A stretch of DNA of 37,697 nucleotides from Candidatus Eiseniibacteriota bacterium (GCA_031431875.1 JANPEF010000116.1:1-37697); one strand, 5' to 3'. Counted from the stretch's first letter, positions 8,974 to 18,378 are shown. Translations and numbers: made by a program. The notes: generated by a model from the sequence alone, not told the origin.

Positions 8974-9170
8974 CGAACCTCCGAGGGGGACGCGCAAGGC
9001 GGAGCGGCGCGATGCTGTGCTAGAGTGCTGCGGATTCGGACGAGTCGAGGGTGCTCGCAGGCTAACACGGGCCCCGGCACCGGCCAAGCGCGGGCCCTTT
9101 CCAAACGCGGCCGCGGGGGGTAGCCTCGTCTGCGTGTCCGCGCCCCGCGGGCACCGCGACGGAGGAGCGC

Positions 9171-9749
9171 ATGTCGGACGAACGCCAGGACGATCAACAG
9201 GACTTCCCGCTCGAGCCGCCGCAGAAGGACTGGCCCCGCGCGCGCGGCAAGGAGTGCGTCGTCATCGCCGAGGACTCCGAGCCGCTGCGCGATCTCATGC
9301 TCGCCATGCTCTCCGGCCTCGGTTACGAGGTGCTCACCGCCGGCGGTGGCCACGAAGCGCTGCGCCAGATCGAGCGCCACCACGGCGTCGATCTCGTGAT
9401 CACCGACGCGATCATGCCGCGTGGCGGCGGCTTCCAGATCATCGACAAGATGCGCGGCAGCTATCCCGGGACGCCGATCGTGATCACCAGCGGCTTCACC
9501 GAGGAGATCGAGGCCGGACTGCGCGAGCGCACGGGCGTCGGGCTCGAGCCCGTCGCCGAGACCGCGTCCGAGACGGCGGATGACGCCTCGCTCGAGACGA
9601 CCGAGACCACCGAGACGGCGGTCACCGCGGGCCCGCCGCAGCCGCTCATCGAGTTCCTGCCCAAGCCGTTCCGCCCCGAGCAACTGGCGCGCCTGGTGCG
9701 CGACGTGCTCGACCGCTCGCGCAGCGACGCCCCGAGGAAGCGCGGTTGA
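9171..9749 (+). CDS. Stand-alone response regulator (receiver domain) with acidic/Thr-rich insertion
   Basis: VIAEDS...ITDAIMP...TSGF...FLPKPF, with a GGAGGAG SD. Confidence 0.9.
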   Translation: MSDERQDDQQDFPLEPPQKDWPRARGKECVVIAEDSEPLRDLMLAMLSGLGYEVLTAGGGHEALRQIERHHGVDLVITDAIMPRGGGFQIIDKMRGSYPGTPIVITSGFTEEIEAGLRERTGVGLEPVAETASETADDASLETTETTETAVTAGPPQPLIEFLPKPFRPEQLARLVRDVLDRSRSDAPRKRG

Positions 9750-10774
9750 GGGCGGTCGTCTTCACGCAGCACGGCGGTCCCGAAGTGCTCGAGCTGCGCG
9801 CCGACATCGCCGTGCCCGAGCCCGCCGCGGGCCAGGTTCGCGTCGCCGTCCGCGCCTGCTCGGTGAACCACCTCGACGTGTGGACCCGCCGCGGCCTGCC
9901 CTACACCATCGAGATGCCCCACATCCTGGGCAACGACATCGCCGGCGTGATCGACGCCGTCGCCCCCGACGTCACGCACGTGAAGGTCGGCGACGAGGTC
10001 ATGCTCGCCCCCGGCGCCGGCTGCACGCACTGCCGCGCCTGCCTCGACGGCGACGACAACCTGTGCCTGCGCTACGACCTGTTCGGCCTGCGCAAGCAAG
10101 GCGGCTACGCCGAATTCGTCGTCGCTCCCGCACGCAATTGCTTTGCCAAGCCGGCGCACCTCACGTTCGAGCAGGCGGGCTCGATGCCGCTGGTCTTCCT
10201 CACCGCCTGGCACATGCTGGTCGGCCGCGTGCAGCTGCGCCCCGGCGAGACGGTGCTGGTGCTCGCCGCCGGCAGCGGCGTGGGCATCGCCGCCGTCCAG
10301 ATCGCGAAGCTGCTGGGCGCCAACGTGATCGCCACCGCGTCGACCGACGCCAAGCTCGAGCGCGCGCGGGAACTGGGCGCCGATCACGTCATCAACTACG
10401 AGCGCGACGACTTCGCGGCGGAGACGCGGCGGATCACCGGCAAGCGCGGCGTCGACGTGGTCTTCGAGCACACCGGGCAGGCGACGTGGGAGAAGTCGAT
10501 CGCCTCGCTGGCCCGCGGCGGACGCCTCGTGACGTGCGGCGCGACCTCGGGCCACGAGGCCCGCACCGACCTGCGCGCGCTGTTCGCCAAGAACCTGTCG
10601 ATCCACGGCAGCTACATGGGCCGCCTCGCCGAGTTCGACGAGGTGCTGCGTCACATCGCGGCGGGGCGCCTGCGCCCGGTCATTGATCGCACGCTGCCGC
10701 TGGGCGAGGCCCGCGCCGCGCACGAGGCGATGGAACGGCGCGAGCAGTTCGGGAAGATCGTCCTCGTTCCCTAG
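9746..10774 (+). CDS. Zinc-binding MDR dehydrogenase / NADPH:quinone oxidoreductase family
   Basis: GGPEVL, NHLD, CxxCxxC...C structural Zn site, AAGSGVG, GRLVTCGATSG and FGKIVL. The TTG start overlaps the upstream TGA. Confidence 0.92.
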   Translation: MRAVVFTQHGGPEVLELRADIAVPEPAAGQVRVAVRACSVNHLDVWTRRGLPYTIEMPHILGNDIAGVIDAVAPDVTHVKVGDEVMLAPGAGCTHCRACLDGDDNLCLRYDLFGLRKQGGYAEFVVAPARNCFAKPAHLTFEQAGSMPLVFLTAWHMLVGRVQLRPGETVLVLAAGSGVGIAAVQIAKLLGANVIATASTDAKLERARELGADHVINYERDDFAAETRRITGKRGVDVVFEHTGQATWEKSIASLARGGRLVTCGATSGHEARTDLRALFAKNLSIHGSYMGRLAEFDEVLRHIAAGRLRPVIDRTLPLGEARAAHEAMERREQFGKIVLVP

Positions 10775-10800
10775 GCTCGCCCGAGCCCGGAGATCCCACC

Positions 10801-11346
10801 ATGGCGTACGAAGCGAAGACCACGAAGACGAAGGCGAGCGTGACCGAGTTCATCGCGCAGCAGCCGCGCGAGGAGACCCGTCGCGACTGCGCGACGCTGG
10901 TGAAGATGATGAAGCGGATCACCGGCGAACCCGCGGCGATGTGGGGCCCGAGCATCGTCGGCTTCGGGACGTACTCGTACGTCTACGCCAGCGGGCACAG
11001 CGGCGACTGGCCGCTGGCCGCGTTCTCGCCGCGCAAGCAGGACCTCACGATCTACGTCCTGCAGGGCTTCGCGGGCGCCCCGGCGCTGGTGAAGAAGCTG
11101 GGGAAGATCAGGACGGGCAAGGTCTGCCTCTACCTGAAATCGCTCGCCGACGTCGACCAGGTGGCGCTCGAGGAACTGATCACGCGGTCGGTCGAATACG
11201 TGCGTGAGCGTTATCCCGTGGTGAAGGCGGTGAAGGCGGTGAAGGCGAAGAAGGCGGCGAAGGCGGCGCCGATCAAGAAGGCCGCGAAGAAGCGCGCCGT
11301 CAGGAAGGTCGCGAAGTCGGCCGCGCCTCGAGCTGGGAAACGCTGA
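10801..11346 (+). CDS. DUF1801 domain protein with Lys/Ala-rich tail
   Basis: MWGPSIVGFG.Y.Y.Y.SG..G.W, FSPRK and GK.CLY.K.L.DVD motifs. Confidence 0.88.
   Translation: MAYEAKTTKTKASVTEFIAQQPREETRRDCATLVKMMKRITGEPAAMWGPSIVGFGTYSYVYASGHSGDWPLAAFSPRKQDLTIYVLQGFAGAPALVKKLGKIRTGKVCLYLKSLADVDQVALEELITRSVEYVRERYPVVKAVKAVKAKKAAKAAPIKKAAKKRAVRKVAKSAAPRAGKR
11221..11247 (+). repeat. 9-bp tandem repeat (GTGAAGGCG)x3
   Basis: Read directly; encodes VKA x3 at the start of the basic tail. Confidence 0.85.
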
Positions 11347-12433
11347 GCGAGGCGCTGTCGAGCCGACGCTTGAGCCCGTTGAATCTGGAGAACGGGACTC
11401 GCCGCTCGTGCTGCAATCGACCCACGACAATGCCGCGCCCGATCTCCTGAGAATCCGAAAACACTTCGATCGACTTCTCGCTGTGGGGCCCTGAGTCGAG
11501 GAACCGCAACCAGTCGGTCATTGGAACGAGAAAGTCCCGGGCCCAGTCGTTTGCCTCCTGCTCCTGACTGGAGTCTCCTCCTGCCTCCTTGCCTTCGACG
11601 AAGACAGTCCCCCGCGGATGAAGCACGAGATGCGCCGCCTCGTGAAACAACGTGAACCAGAGGTGGTCGTCGCTGCCGTACCGCAGACTGAGCTGAAGGA
11701 CGGCGCGCCGGGACCCCACCCAATGTGTGGCTCCGCTGACCCGGCACCCTGGTAGTTCCGGAACGATCGCGAGCACGACACCCGCGCTCGCAAACAGGTC
11801 CGAGACCATCGGAATCGCCTGCGCAGGATCGAGACGCGTGCACGCCCTGACTTCCTGCAGAACCTGGCGAAACCTGGGCGCGTCGAACTCTTCCACGTGG
11901 CGCCGGTCACACACCATTCGACCCGCCTGCAACCAGGTCATGAGCGCGAACTCGTCGATCTCGAAGGCCCGATGCGCCCGGTACGCAGCCTGATAGTCGC
12001 GCGTACACTCGCCCCACTGCTTTGGCGAGGCGACGGAAAAGTAGGTCAGGATCTCCCTGACTTGATCGCCTGGGTCCGGGCCTGGATCAATCCAACCCCG
12101 CTTCCGCATTTCTTTCAGCGGGAACTTGCGCGCCCATTTCGCATGCCGGCTGAAGACCCGATTAGCCTCCGCCCGCGCGAGAAACGCGCGATAGTTCGCC
12201 TCGCGCGCCACCCAGAACTGTGCGGGCACGTTGAAGACGCTCTCGAGTTGGAGCGCGGTCTCGGGAGTGATTGCGGCCTTTCCATGAATGATCTCGCTGA
12301 TCGTCTTCTCGGGGCGCCCCATTCTCCGTGCGAGCTCGACCTGCGACATTCCCCTCTCTTCGAGGAGGTCGGTCAGTGTCGCCCCCGGAGGCGTGACCGA
12401 AGTCGGTTGGTAAGCCGATGTGCTTCTAGCCAT
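11300..12433 (-). CDS. higA: HigA-family antitoxin: XRE HTH fused to ImmA/IrrE (M78) metallopeptidase
   Basis: PPG.TL...MSQ.ELARRMG...ISEII.GK..IT.ETA.LE HTH domain, LSLRY..DD.LWFTLFHEAAH (HExxH) and QEQEAN.WA. Confidence 0.9.
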   Translation of the reverse strand: MARSTSAYQPTSVTPPGATLTDLLEERGMSQVELARRMGRPEKTISEIIHGKAAITPETALQLESVFNVPAQFWVAREANYRAFLARAEANRVFSRHAKWARKFPLKEMRKRGWIDPGPDPGDQVREILTYFSVASPKQWGECTRDYQAAYRAHRAFEIDEFALMTWLQAGRMVCDRRHVEEFDAPRFRQVLQEVRACTRLDPAQAIPMVSDLFASAGVVLAIVPELPGCRVSGATHWVGSRRAVLQLSLRYGSDDHLWFTLFHEAAHLVLHPRGTVFVEGKEAGGDSSQEQEANDWARDFLVPMTDWLRFLDSGPHSEKSIEVFSDSQEIGRGIVVGRLQHERRVPFSRFNGLKRRLDSASLSVSQLEARPTSRPS

Positions 12434-12761
12434 GGTAGTCGACGACCTCCAGCATCCGGATTCGTGTCACCCGCAACCAGTCGATTCCGCCATCCAGCTT
12501 GAAAGGAACGGGCTCGTTCGCCGGTACGAAGATCAGGCGGTAGTTCTTGTCGAGCCGAACCGAGAAGCTGCCGCTCCGATCTCCACGGAGTTCTTCGCAT
12601 CGGCCAGTCAGGTTGCGCATGTGTTCGAGGGTCGGGGCGGCGAACAGATCGTCGAGCCGCTTTCGTAACGCGAAGGCACGGTCGGCGCCCCAGGTCTTAC
12701 TCGCGCGCCGATCGTCCTGCATGTCCCGCGCCAGGCGGTCGTTGGCGAACTCGAGCTCCAA
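12426..12761 (-). CDS. higB: HigB/RelE-like plasmid-maintenance killer toxin
   Basis: GRCEELRGDRSGSFSVRL...YRLIF.P and C-terminal EVVDYH. Lies upstream of and overlaps higA. Confidence 0.88.
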   Translation of the reverse strand: MELEFANDRLARDMQDDRRASKTWGADRAFALRKRLDDLFAAPTLEHMRNLTGRCEELRGDRSGSFSVRLDKNYRLIFVPANEPVPFKLDGGIDWLRVTRIRMLEVVDYHG

Positions 12762-12805
12762 GTCTTCGCCTCAGCTTGCGGGGGCCTGTTCCTGCTTTCG
12801 GAAGA

Positions 12806-12850
12806 TTAACCTATGGGGTTAACCATATCGAGCGAGGTCCCGGACTTCAA
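12806..12850 (-). promoter_or_regulatory. higBA promoter with palindromic operator
   Basis: Minus strand TTGAAG (12850-12845)-N17-TATGGT (12827-12822). Perfect inverted repeat TTAACC-N5-GGTTAA at 12806-12822. Confidence 0.75.
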
Positions 12851-12884
12851 GACCTACTTTTTCATGTCTCGACGAAACCCGCCC

Positions 12885-13859
12885 TCAGGAAGTAAGCCCG
12901 CTCGAGCGCAGCCGGAACTGCAGCTCGCCGTTACCCGCGCCGAGACCGTTCGGCCCCCAAGTCGCAAGCGGCCGCTCATAGCTGGCGACCGGCCCGACGC
13001 CCGGCGCGAAGGCGATGCTGCCGTAGCCCACCGAGTGCGAGTAGCCCAGCGGGTTGCCGCTCTCGTCCGTCGCCTGGCTCTCACCGTAGTCGATCACGTA
13101 GAAGACCTCGATCGCCCTCAAGTAAACACCGGACGGCGTCTCGACCCGAATCGGACCGAGCACGCGGGCGCGCAGGTAGACGTCACTCGCCAGATCCGGA
13201 ACGAGCTGGAGCACGAACTCGTGGCCCGTCGAGAGGTCGCTGTCGAGATACTTCCACGCCAGCTGCTGGTTGAGATCCCCGTAGCCTCCGATCCAGTCGG
13301 CTGTCTTCTCCCACGCGCCTCCGTGCAGGATGAGCGACTGGACGCCCCCCGCGAGGGAGGGCCCGGAACCCGTCCGTGCGGCGATGCGCGAGCGCAGGTC
13401 GGGCCGGGCGATCGCCAGCTGGCGCAGGAACGTCGAGCCGGTCTGCGACGCGGTCGCGAGCACGGCCGGATCAAACGTCAGAGACTCGACCAGGTTCTGA
13501 CGCCGCACGCCCGAGCCCGTCGTGAGCGAGTCGGTGAACTGGAGCCGAAACGTCCCCGTGCTCACCGTCGCCGGTTCCGGGTACTCGCGCTCGGCGGCGA
13601 GTGCGGCGAGCTCGCTGAGCGAGGGCAACGGTATCGATACGGGGCTGAAGTCCGTCTCGAAGCCTGTACCCCACTGGCGAACCGTGGCATCGAAACTCCA
13701 GAATCGTCCGTCCTCGTTCAGCCACATGCTGGCGAGAACGGGCTTCTCCTGTGGCTTGGTCGGTTCGTCGTCCTTGCAACCGGCGGGCATCAACAGCACG
13801 GCGATCGTTGCAGGCAGGGCGAGAAGGGCGAGCGGGGCGAGTCGGCGGGAGAGTTTCAT
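12885..13859 (-). CDS. Hypothetical lipoprotein
   Basis: GGAGG SD, hydrophobic signal ending PAG-C, and a VETPSG...FAPGVG.V beta-sheet motif typical of DUF3108-like/LolA-like secreted proteins. Confidence 0.8.
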   Translation of the reverse strand: MKLSRRLAPLALLALPATIAVLLMPAGCKDDEPTKPQEKPVLASMWLNEDGRFWSFDATVRQWGTGFETDFSPVSIPLPSLSELAALAAEREYPEPATVSTGTFRLQFTDSLTTGSGVRRQNLVESLTFDPAVLATASQTGSTFLRQLAIARPDLRSRIAARTGSGPSLAGGVQSLILHGGAWEKTADWIGGYGDLNQQLAWKYLDSDLSTGHEFVLQLVPDLASDVYLRARVLGPIRVETPSGVYLRAIEVFYVIDYGESQATDESGNPLGYSHSVGYGSIAFAPGVGPVASYERPLATWGPNGLGAGNGELQFRLRSSGLTS

Positions 13860-13895
13860 CGGACCATTCCTCCGGGACCGGGGATGGAGCCGGGC

Positions 13896-14294
13896 TCAGG
13901 CTCCTGCGAGCGACGCCGTGATGCGCATGTCGCCACGCTGCCGGATGAGATTGCGCGCCCGACACTGCGGGCACGTCATGGCGTCGACATCGGGGGGAAG
14001 GTCGAGAATCACACCGCAGTGAAGGCAGACGGTCGCGAGCAGGCGGTCGCGATCGATGCGGTCGATCCACTCGCGCGGCACGTAGTCCTTCGCGGCGTGG
14101 TACCAGCGTGCCACCTCGACCCGGCCGAAGTCGAGGGCGAAGAATCCCGCGTGGCAGGCGGCGCACAGGACCGCCGGGCGGGCGCCCAGGCGGCCCTTCT
14201 CTTCCTCTTCCCAGATCGCCACGCGCAGCGTGCCGTCGGCCGGCGCGCCGCAGCGCAGGCAGGCGTCGGCGGCGAGCACGTGCGGCTTCGCCAC
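13896..14294 (-). CDS. Small zinc-finger protein with four CxxC motifs
   Basis: C-terminal part of track ORF 13896-15782, containing CLRC, CAAC, CLHC and CPQC. Probable GTG start at 14294, just after the luxC stop. Confidence 0.7.
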   Translation of the reverse strand: MAKPHVLAADACLRCGAPADGTLRVAIWEEEEKGRLGARPAVLCAACHAGFFALDFGRVEVARWYHAAKDYVPREWIDRIDRDRLLATVCLHCGVILDLPPDVDAMTCPQCRARNLIRQRGDMRITASLAGA

Positions 14295-14314
14295 GGCCGG
14301 AAGCGCCGCGGCGC

Positions 14315-15655
14315 TCAGGCCAGCTCCCAGTCGCGGATCGCGATCAGGTCGGCCAGCTCGGCGCGGCCGTCGTGGAAGCGGTCGAGCGAGGGGTCCTGCA
14401 TGGTGTGCAGCGGGCACACGCGCGTCGCGCCGGTGCCGCTGACGATCGTCGTCAGCTCGGCGTCGCGCGCCTTCCAGCCCGAGACGCCAATGGTGGACAG
14501 GCCGTCGCCCCAGGCAGTGAGGCGCGAGCGCAGGTCGTCGAAGTCGGTGAACTGGTGCAGCCACAGGAAGCGACCGGGCACCGGCGCCGGCGGTGGGTCG
14601 CGCCGATCGAGCGCGACCGTCCACGCCGGATCGGCCGAGGCCCACACCTGGCCGCCGGCCATCTCGCACGCCCCGCGCTGCTGGTGGGTGAGCGAGGCCT
14701 GCGCGTCGTCGGCGCGGCGCACCGGCCAACGCTCGGCCCAGCGCGCCTGGGCGCGCGCGCAACGCTCGGCAAAGTCCTCGGGGCGGATCGCGCCCGAAGC
14801 CTCGAGGTAGGCAACCGTCGGCGACAGGCAGCCCGCGCGATCGTACAGCGCGGCCTCGCGCACCAGCGCGTCGGCGATGGGATCGGTCACGCCGGGGGCG
14901 AGCGAGCCGCGACCGATGATGGCGACCGACATGCGATGTCCGTGCTCGATGACCCGCGGCGGACGCAGGCGCTCCTGCGCCAGCGCGCGCCACGTGCGCA
15001 CGGTCGGGTCGTCGCCGTAGACGATGACCGCCTCGGGGTGCGCGATCGCGGCACGGTGCGTGGCGACGTCGTCCGACGGCCAGTACACCGCGGCGGCGGT
15101 GCGCGCCAGCGGCGGATACTCCTCGGCCAGCGCCTCGAGGAACAGCGGCACGGTCGTCGGCTCGCCGGCCGACACGCGCACGAGGCAGGTGGAGCGCGCC
15201 AGCAGCGCCCAGGTCAGCGATTCGATGCCCGCCCACGGGATGGTGGACGACAGCACCAGCAGCGTGCCATGCGGCGCGACGGCACGACGCGGGCCGCGCC
15301 GATCGAGCGTCTCGAGACCGCCGACGGCGCGGACGATCGCGGCGCGCAGCGCGTTCTCGGTGTAAGCGCGGGCGAAGCGCGACAGGCCCTCCTCGATCGC
15401 GCCGGTCGCCCACCCGCTGGAGCGGCCCAGGCCGTCGAGCAGGCGCGCGCGATACGGACCGTTGGGCGCGGTGAGGCGACGCATCGCGCCGACCAACGCA
15501 GGGAGCAGGTCGGCGGCGAGGCGATGATCGAGCGCGGCGCGCTCGTCGGACAGCGCGCGCCAGCGTTCGGTCACGCCGGCCGCGTCGAGCGCCGGTGGCA
15601 GCGGGGCACCGACGGCGGGCGTGGGCGAGGGCGACGTCTCGTGCAATGCGCTCAT
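14315..15655 (-). CDS. LuxC-family acyl-CoA reductase
   Basis: ATG overlaps the luxE-like stop (ATGA). ALDH-like motifs VIVYGDD.TV, HGHRMS, YDRAGCLSP (catalytic Cys) and RVCPL..MQ.P...HDG. Confidence 0.85.
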   Translation of the reverse strand: MSALHETSPSPTPAVGAPLPPALDAAGVTERWRALSDERAALDHRLAADLLPALVGAMRRLTAPNGPYRARLLDGLGRSSGWATGAIEEGLSRFARAYTENALRAAIVRAVGGLETLDRRGPRRAVAPHGTLLVLSSTIPWAGIESLTWALLARSTCLVRVSAGEPTTVPLFLEALAEEYPPLARTAAAVYWPSDDVATHRAAIAHPEAVIVYGDDPTVRTWRALAQERLRPPRVIEHGHRMSVAIIGRGSLAPGVTDPIADALVREAALYDRAGCLSPTVAYLEASGAIRPEDFAERCARAQARWAERWPVRRADDAQASLTHQQRGACEMAGGQVWASADPAWTVALDRRDPPPAPVPGRFLWLHQFTDFDDLRSRLTAWGDGLSTIGVSGWKARDAELTTIVSGTGATRVCPLHTMQDPSLDRFHDGRAELADLIAIRDWELA

Positions 15656-16905
15656 GACGTGGCCCCGTTCCCGGCGACAACGGCATCCTCGGCGTCGAGC
15701 GAACAGCCGCGCGGCTCGCTGCCCTGCGCCCGGCCCAACAAGCGGAAGGGCAGCGCGCGGGGACGAGTCGCGGCGGCGGCATCGGGCGCGCCGTCGCCTG
15801 CGGCGACGATCATCTCGGCAATCGCGAAGTCCTCGGTGAGGATCGCAACGACGGAACCGCGGTTTGCCAGGTCGACGATGCGCAGCAATCCGGGTTGACC
15901 CGGCGGCAACGGCTCGAGCGTCTGCGCGTCGACGACCAGCGCGCGGACCCACGGCGGCCCGTACTTGAGGCGTGGCGGCGCCTCGGCGAACAACCCTGCA
16001 CCCCGGTGCCCCGGGCGGAGCGTCGCGTCGTAGAACTGCGAGGTCAGCTCGGTCATCCCGTACTCGTTCACGCAGTGCGCCGCCGGCACGCCGAGCGTGC
16101 GCTCGACGCGGGCGTACAGCGCGGCCGGATCGATCGCCCGCCGCAGGCCCTTGGCGCCACCGGTGTGCATGACGCGCGAACCGGCGGGCAGCCGCACCGA
16201 CCATCCGCTGCGCTCGACCACGCCGAGGAAGCGATCGAGCGCCAGGTCGGCGCCGAACAGGCATACGCCGCGCCCGGCCTCGGTCGCGGCCTCGCAGGCG
16301 CGGGCCAGGCCCTCGGCATCGAGCGCCGCGGCGTCGGGGCCCGCAGGCGGGCCGGGTGCCAGGTAGTGGCGGGGCTCCTCGGCGAACAGCTCGGCCCCGA
16401 GGACCTCGACCATGTGCCACAACGAGGAGTGGGGCGCGTCGTCGGCGGACGGGCCGAGGACCAGCGGCACCAGGTCGGTGGTCCGCCCGGGCGCGAGTTC
16501 GGGCAGCACGAAGGCGCGGAACGTGGGCAGGAGCGACGCATGGTAGAGTGCCAGCGCGTCGGCGGAGAGCGCATGCTCGCCCTGGCGCCGCCCGCCGGTC
16601 GTGGTGCCCGACGTGCGGAAAGTGCGCGCCGGCTCGGGCGTGCGTCCGTCCTCGTCGCAGATCAGCCGGGCATCCTTGAAGGCCTGCACGGGGACGGCTG
16701 GAATCTCGCTCCAGGTGCGCAGCCGCTGCGGCAGCGCGCCACGGCGCTGGCAGTAGGCGCGATACGGGGCGAGCGCCTCGTACTGCCAGGCGAAGACACG
16801 CAGGGCCAGTCGGTCGAATGCGGCTTCATCCGCGGGCGCGTCGATTCCACGGGCGAAGAACGCGGCGAGATCACGATCGAGTTCGGCGGGAGAAGGCGCG
16901 GACAT
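15652..16905 (-). CDS. LuxE-family acyl-protein synthetase
   Basis: IPAVPV.AFK, FRTSGTT, TGG.KG, NEYGMTEL.SQ.Y, DLAN.GSV..I.TED and terminal GR...EPRGCS. Confidence 0.9.
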   Translation of the reverse strand: MSAPSPAELDRDLAAFFARGIDAPADEAAFDRLALRVFAWQYEALAPYRAYCQRRGALPQRLRTWSEIPAVPVQAFKDARLICDEDGRTPEPARTFRTSGTTTGGRRQGEHALSADALALYHASLLPTFRAFVLPELAPGRTTDLVPLVLGPSADDAPHSSLWHMVEVLGAELFAEEPRHYLAPGPPAGPDAAALDAEGLARACEAATEAGRGVCLFGADLALDRFLGVVERSGWSVRLPAGSRVMHTGGAKGLRRAIDPAALYARVERTLGVPAAHCVNEYGMTELTSQFYDATLRPGHRGAGLFAEAPPRLKYGPPWVRALVVDAQTLEPLPPGQPGLLRIVDLANRGSVVAILTEDFAIAEMIVAAGDGAPDAAAATRPRALPFRLLGRAQGSEPRGCSLDAEDAVVAGNGATS

Positions 16906-16935
16906 GCGGTCATCCTAGCGCAAGGACGGTGACGC

Positions 16936-18345
16936 TTGGAACGAGACTTGGGCGACTACGAACTGCAGTTCCTCGGCGCGGCGCGGACCGTGACCGGCTC
17001 GAAATACCTGATCCGCGCGGGCGGCACGACGGTCCTCGTCGACTGCGGCCTCTTCCAGGGCTTCAAGGAACTGCGGCTGCGCAACTGGGACGCGCTTCCC
17101 ATCGATCCGGCCACCATCGACCACGTGGTCCTCACCCACGCGCACATCGACCACACCGGGTCCCTGCCGCGCCTCGTCGCCCAGGGTTTCGCCGGCACGG
17201 TGTGGACGACGGCGGCGACCCAGGAACTGTGCGACCTCATGCTCAAGGACAGCGCGCACCTGCAGGAGGAAGAGGCCGAGTACGCGAACCGGCGCGGCTA
17301 CTCCCGGCACAAGCCGGCGCTGCCGCTGTACCGCATGGTCGATGCCGAGAAGGCGCTCGAGTTGTTCCACGCCGTCGCGTACGGCGTTCGCACCCGCCTG
17401 TCGGACACCGTCGAGATCGTGTTCCATCCCGCCGGCCACATCCTGGGATCGGCGATCGTCGAGGTCGTGCTCAAGAAGGGCGATGTGACCCGAACCATCG
17501 TGTTCTCCGGCGACCTCGGGCGCTATGACGCGGTGTTGATGAAAGACCCGGTCGCGATTCCGCCTTCGGCGGATTATCTCGTCGTCGAGTCGACCTATGG
17601 CAACCGCGAGCACGAGGACAAGGACCCGCGTCCGCACTTCAAGGCGCTGATCGAGCGCATCGTTCGCGACAAGGGCGTGCTGCTGGTGCCGGCGTTCGCG
17701 GTCGGGCGCACGCAGGACATCCTGCTGCTGCTCAAGGAGGGGATGGCGCACGGCGACTTCCCGATCGTCCCGGTGCACCTCGACAGTCCCATGGCGATCG
17801 ACGCGACCGAGATCTACTGCCGTCACGCCGACGAGCAGCGCGTCCAGCACGTCCACAGCGGCGACAAGGGCTGCGCCCAGTACTTCGGCGAGCTGAAGAT
17901 CTCGCGCACGGTCGAGGACTCGAAGGCGCTCAACAAGATGCCCGGCCCGCGCGTGATCATCTCGGCCAGCGGCATGGCCACCGGTGGCCGCATCCTCCAC
18001 CACCTCAAGCAGCGCCTGCCCGAGGCGAAGAACGCTGTGCTGTTCGTCGGCTTCCAGGCCGCCGGGACGCGCGGGCGCAAGCTGGTCGACGGCGAGCCCG
18101 AGATCAAGATGCTGGGCGAACTCGTCCCGGTGCGGGCGCACATCGACCGCATCGACGCATTGTCGGCACACGCCGATCGCTCCGAGCTGGTGCGCTGGAC
18201 GAACACCATGGCGAAGCCGCCGCGGCGCGTGTTCGTCACGCACGGTGAGCCCGAGGCGGCCGAGTCTATCGCCGCGCTGTATCGCAGCACCCATGGCTGG
18301 GACGTGCGGGTGCCGGACCAGCTGGAGGTGGCGCCGCTGTTCTAG
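16936..18345 (+). CDS. MBL-fold beta-CASP ribonuclease (Ysh1/CPSF73-like bacterial exonuclease)
   Basis: GAA.TVTGS, DCGLFQG, THAHIDH, AGHILGS, FSGDLG, ESTYG, SASGM.TGGRI.HH, SAHAD and THGE motifs. Confidence 0.95.
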   Translation: MERDLGDYELQFLGAARTVTGSKYLIRAGGTTVLVDCGLFQGFKELRLRNWDALPIDPATIDHVVLTHAHIDHTGSLPRLVAQGFAGTVWTTAATQELCDLMLKDSAHLQEEEAEYANRRGYSRHKPALPLYRMVDAEKALELFHAVAYGVRTRLSDTVEIVFHPAGHILGSAIVEVVLKKGDVTRTIVFSGDLGRYDAVLMKDPVAIPPSADYLVVESTYGNREHEDKDPRPHFKALIERIVRDKGVLLVPAFAVGRTQDILLLLKEGMAHGDFPIVPVHLDSPMAIDATEIYCRHADEQRVQHVHSGDKGCAQYFGELKISRTVEDSKALNKMPGPRVIISASGMATGGRILHHLKQRLPEAKNAVLFVGFQAAGTRGRKLVDGEPEIKMLGELVPVRAHIDRIDALSAHADRSELVRWTNTMAKPPRRVFVTHGEPEAAESIAALYRSTHGWDVRVPDQLEVAPLF

Positions 18346-18378
18346 TTCTAGGTCGGGGCGACGCGTCGAGGCGCAGGG

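Noticed and set aside
12940..12975. LATWG in the lipoprotein C-terminal region as a fourth WG tag
   Set aside because: It lacks the following [IV]K-x2-YR and is not terminal.
13896..16420. Long track ORFs 13896-15782 and 14315-16420 as full-length genes
   Set aside because: Their N-terminal parts are Arg/Pro-rich shadow frames over luxC and luxE. Only the C-terminal parts are protein-like.
14315..16905. Bioluminescence operon
   Set aside because: No luxA, luxB, luxD or luxG in the window.
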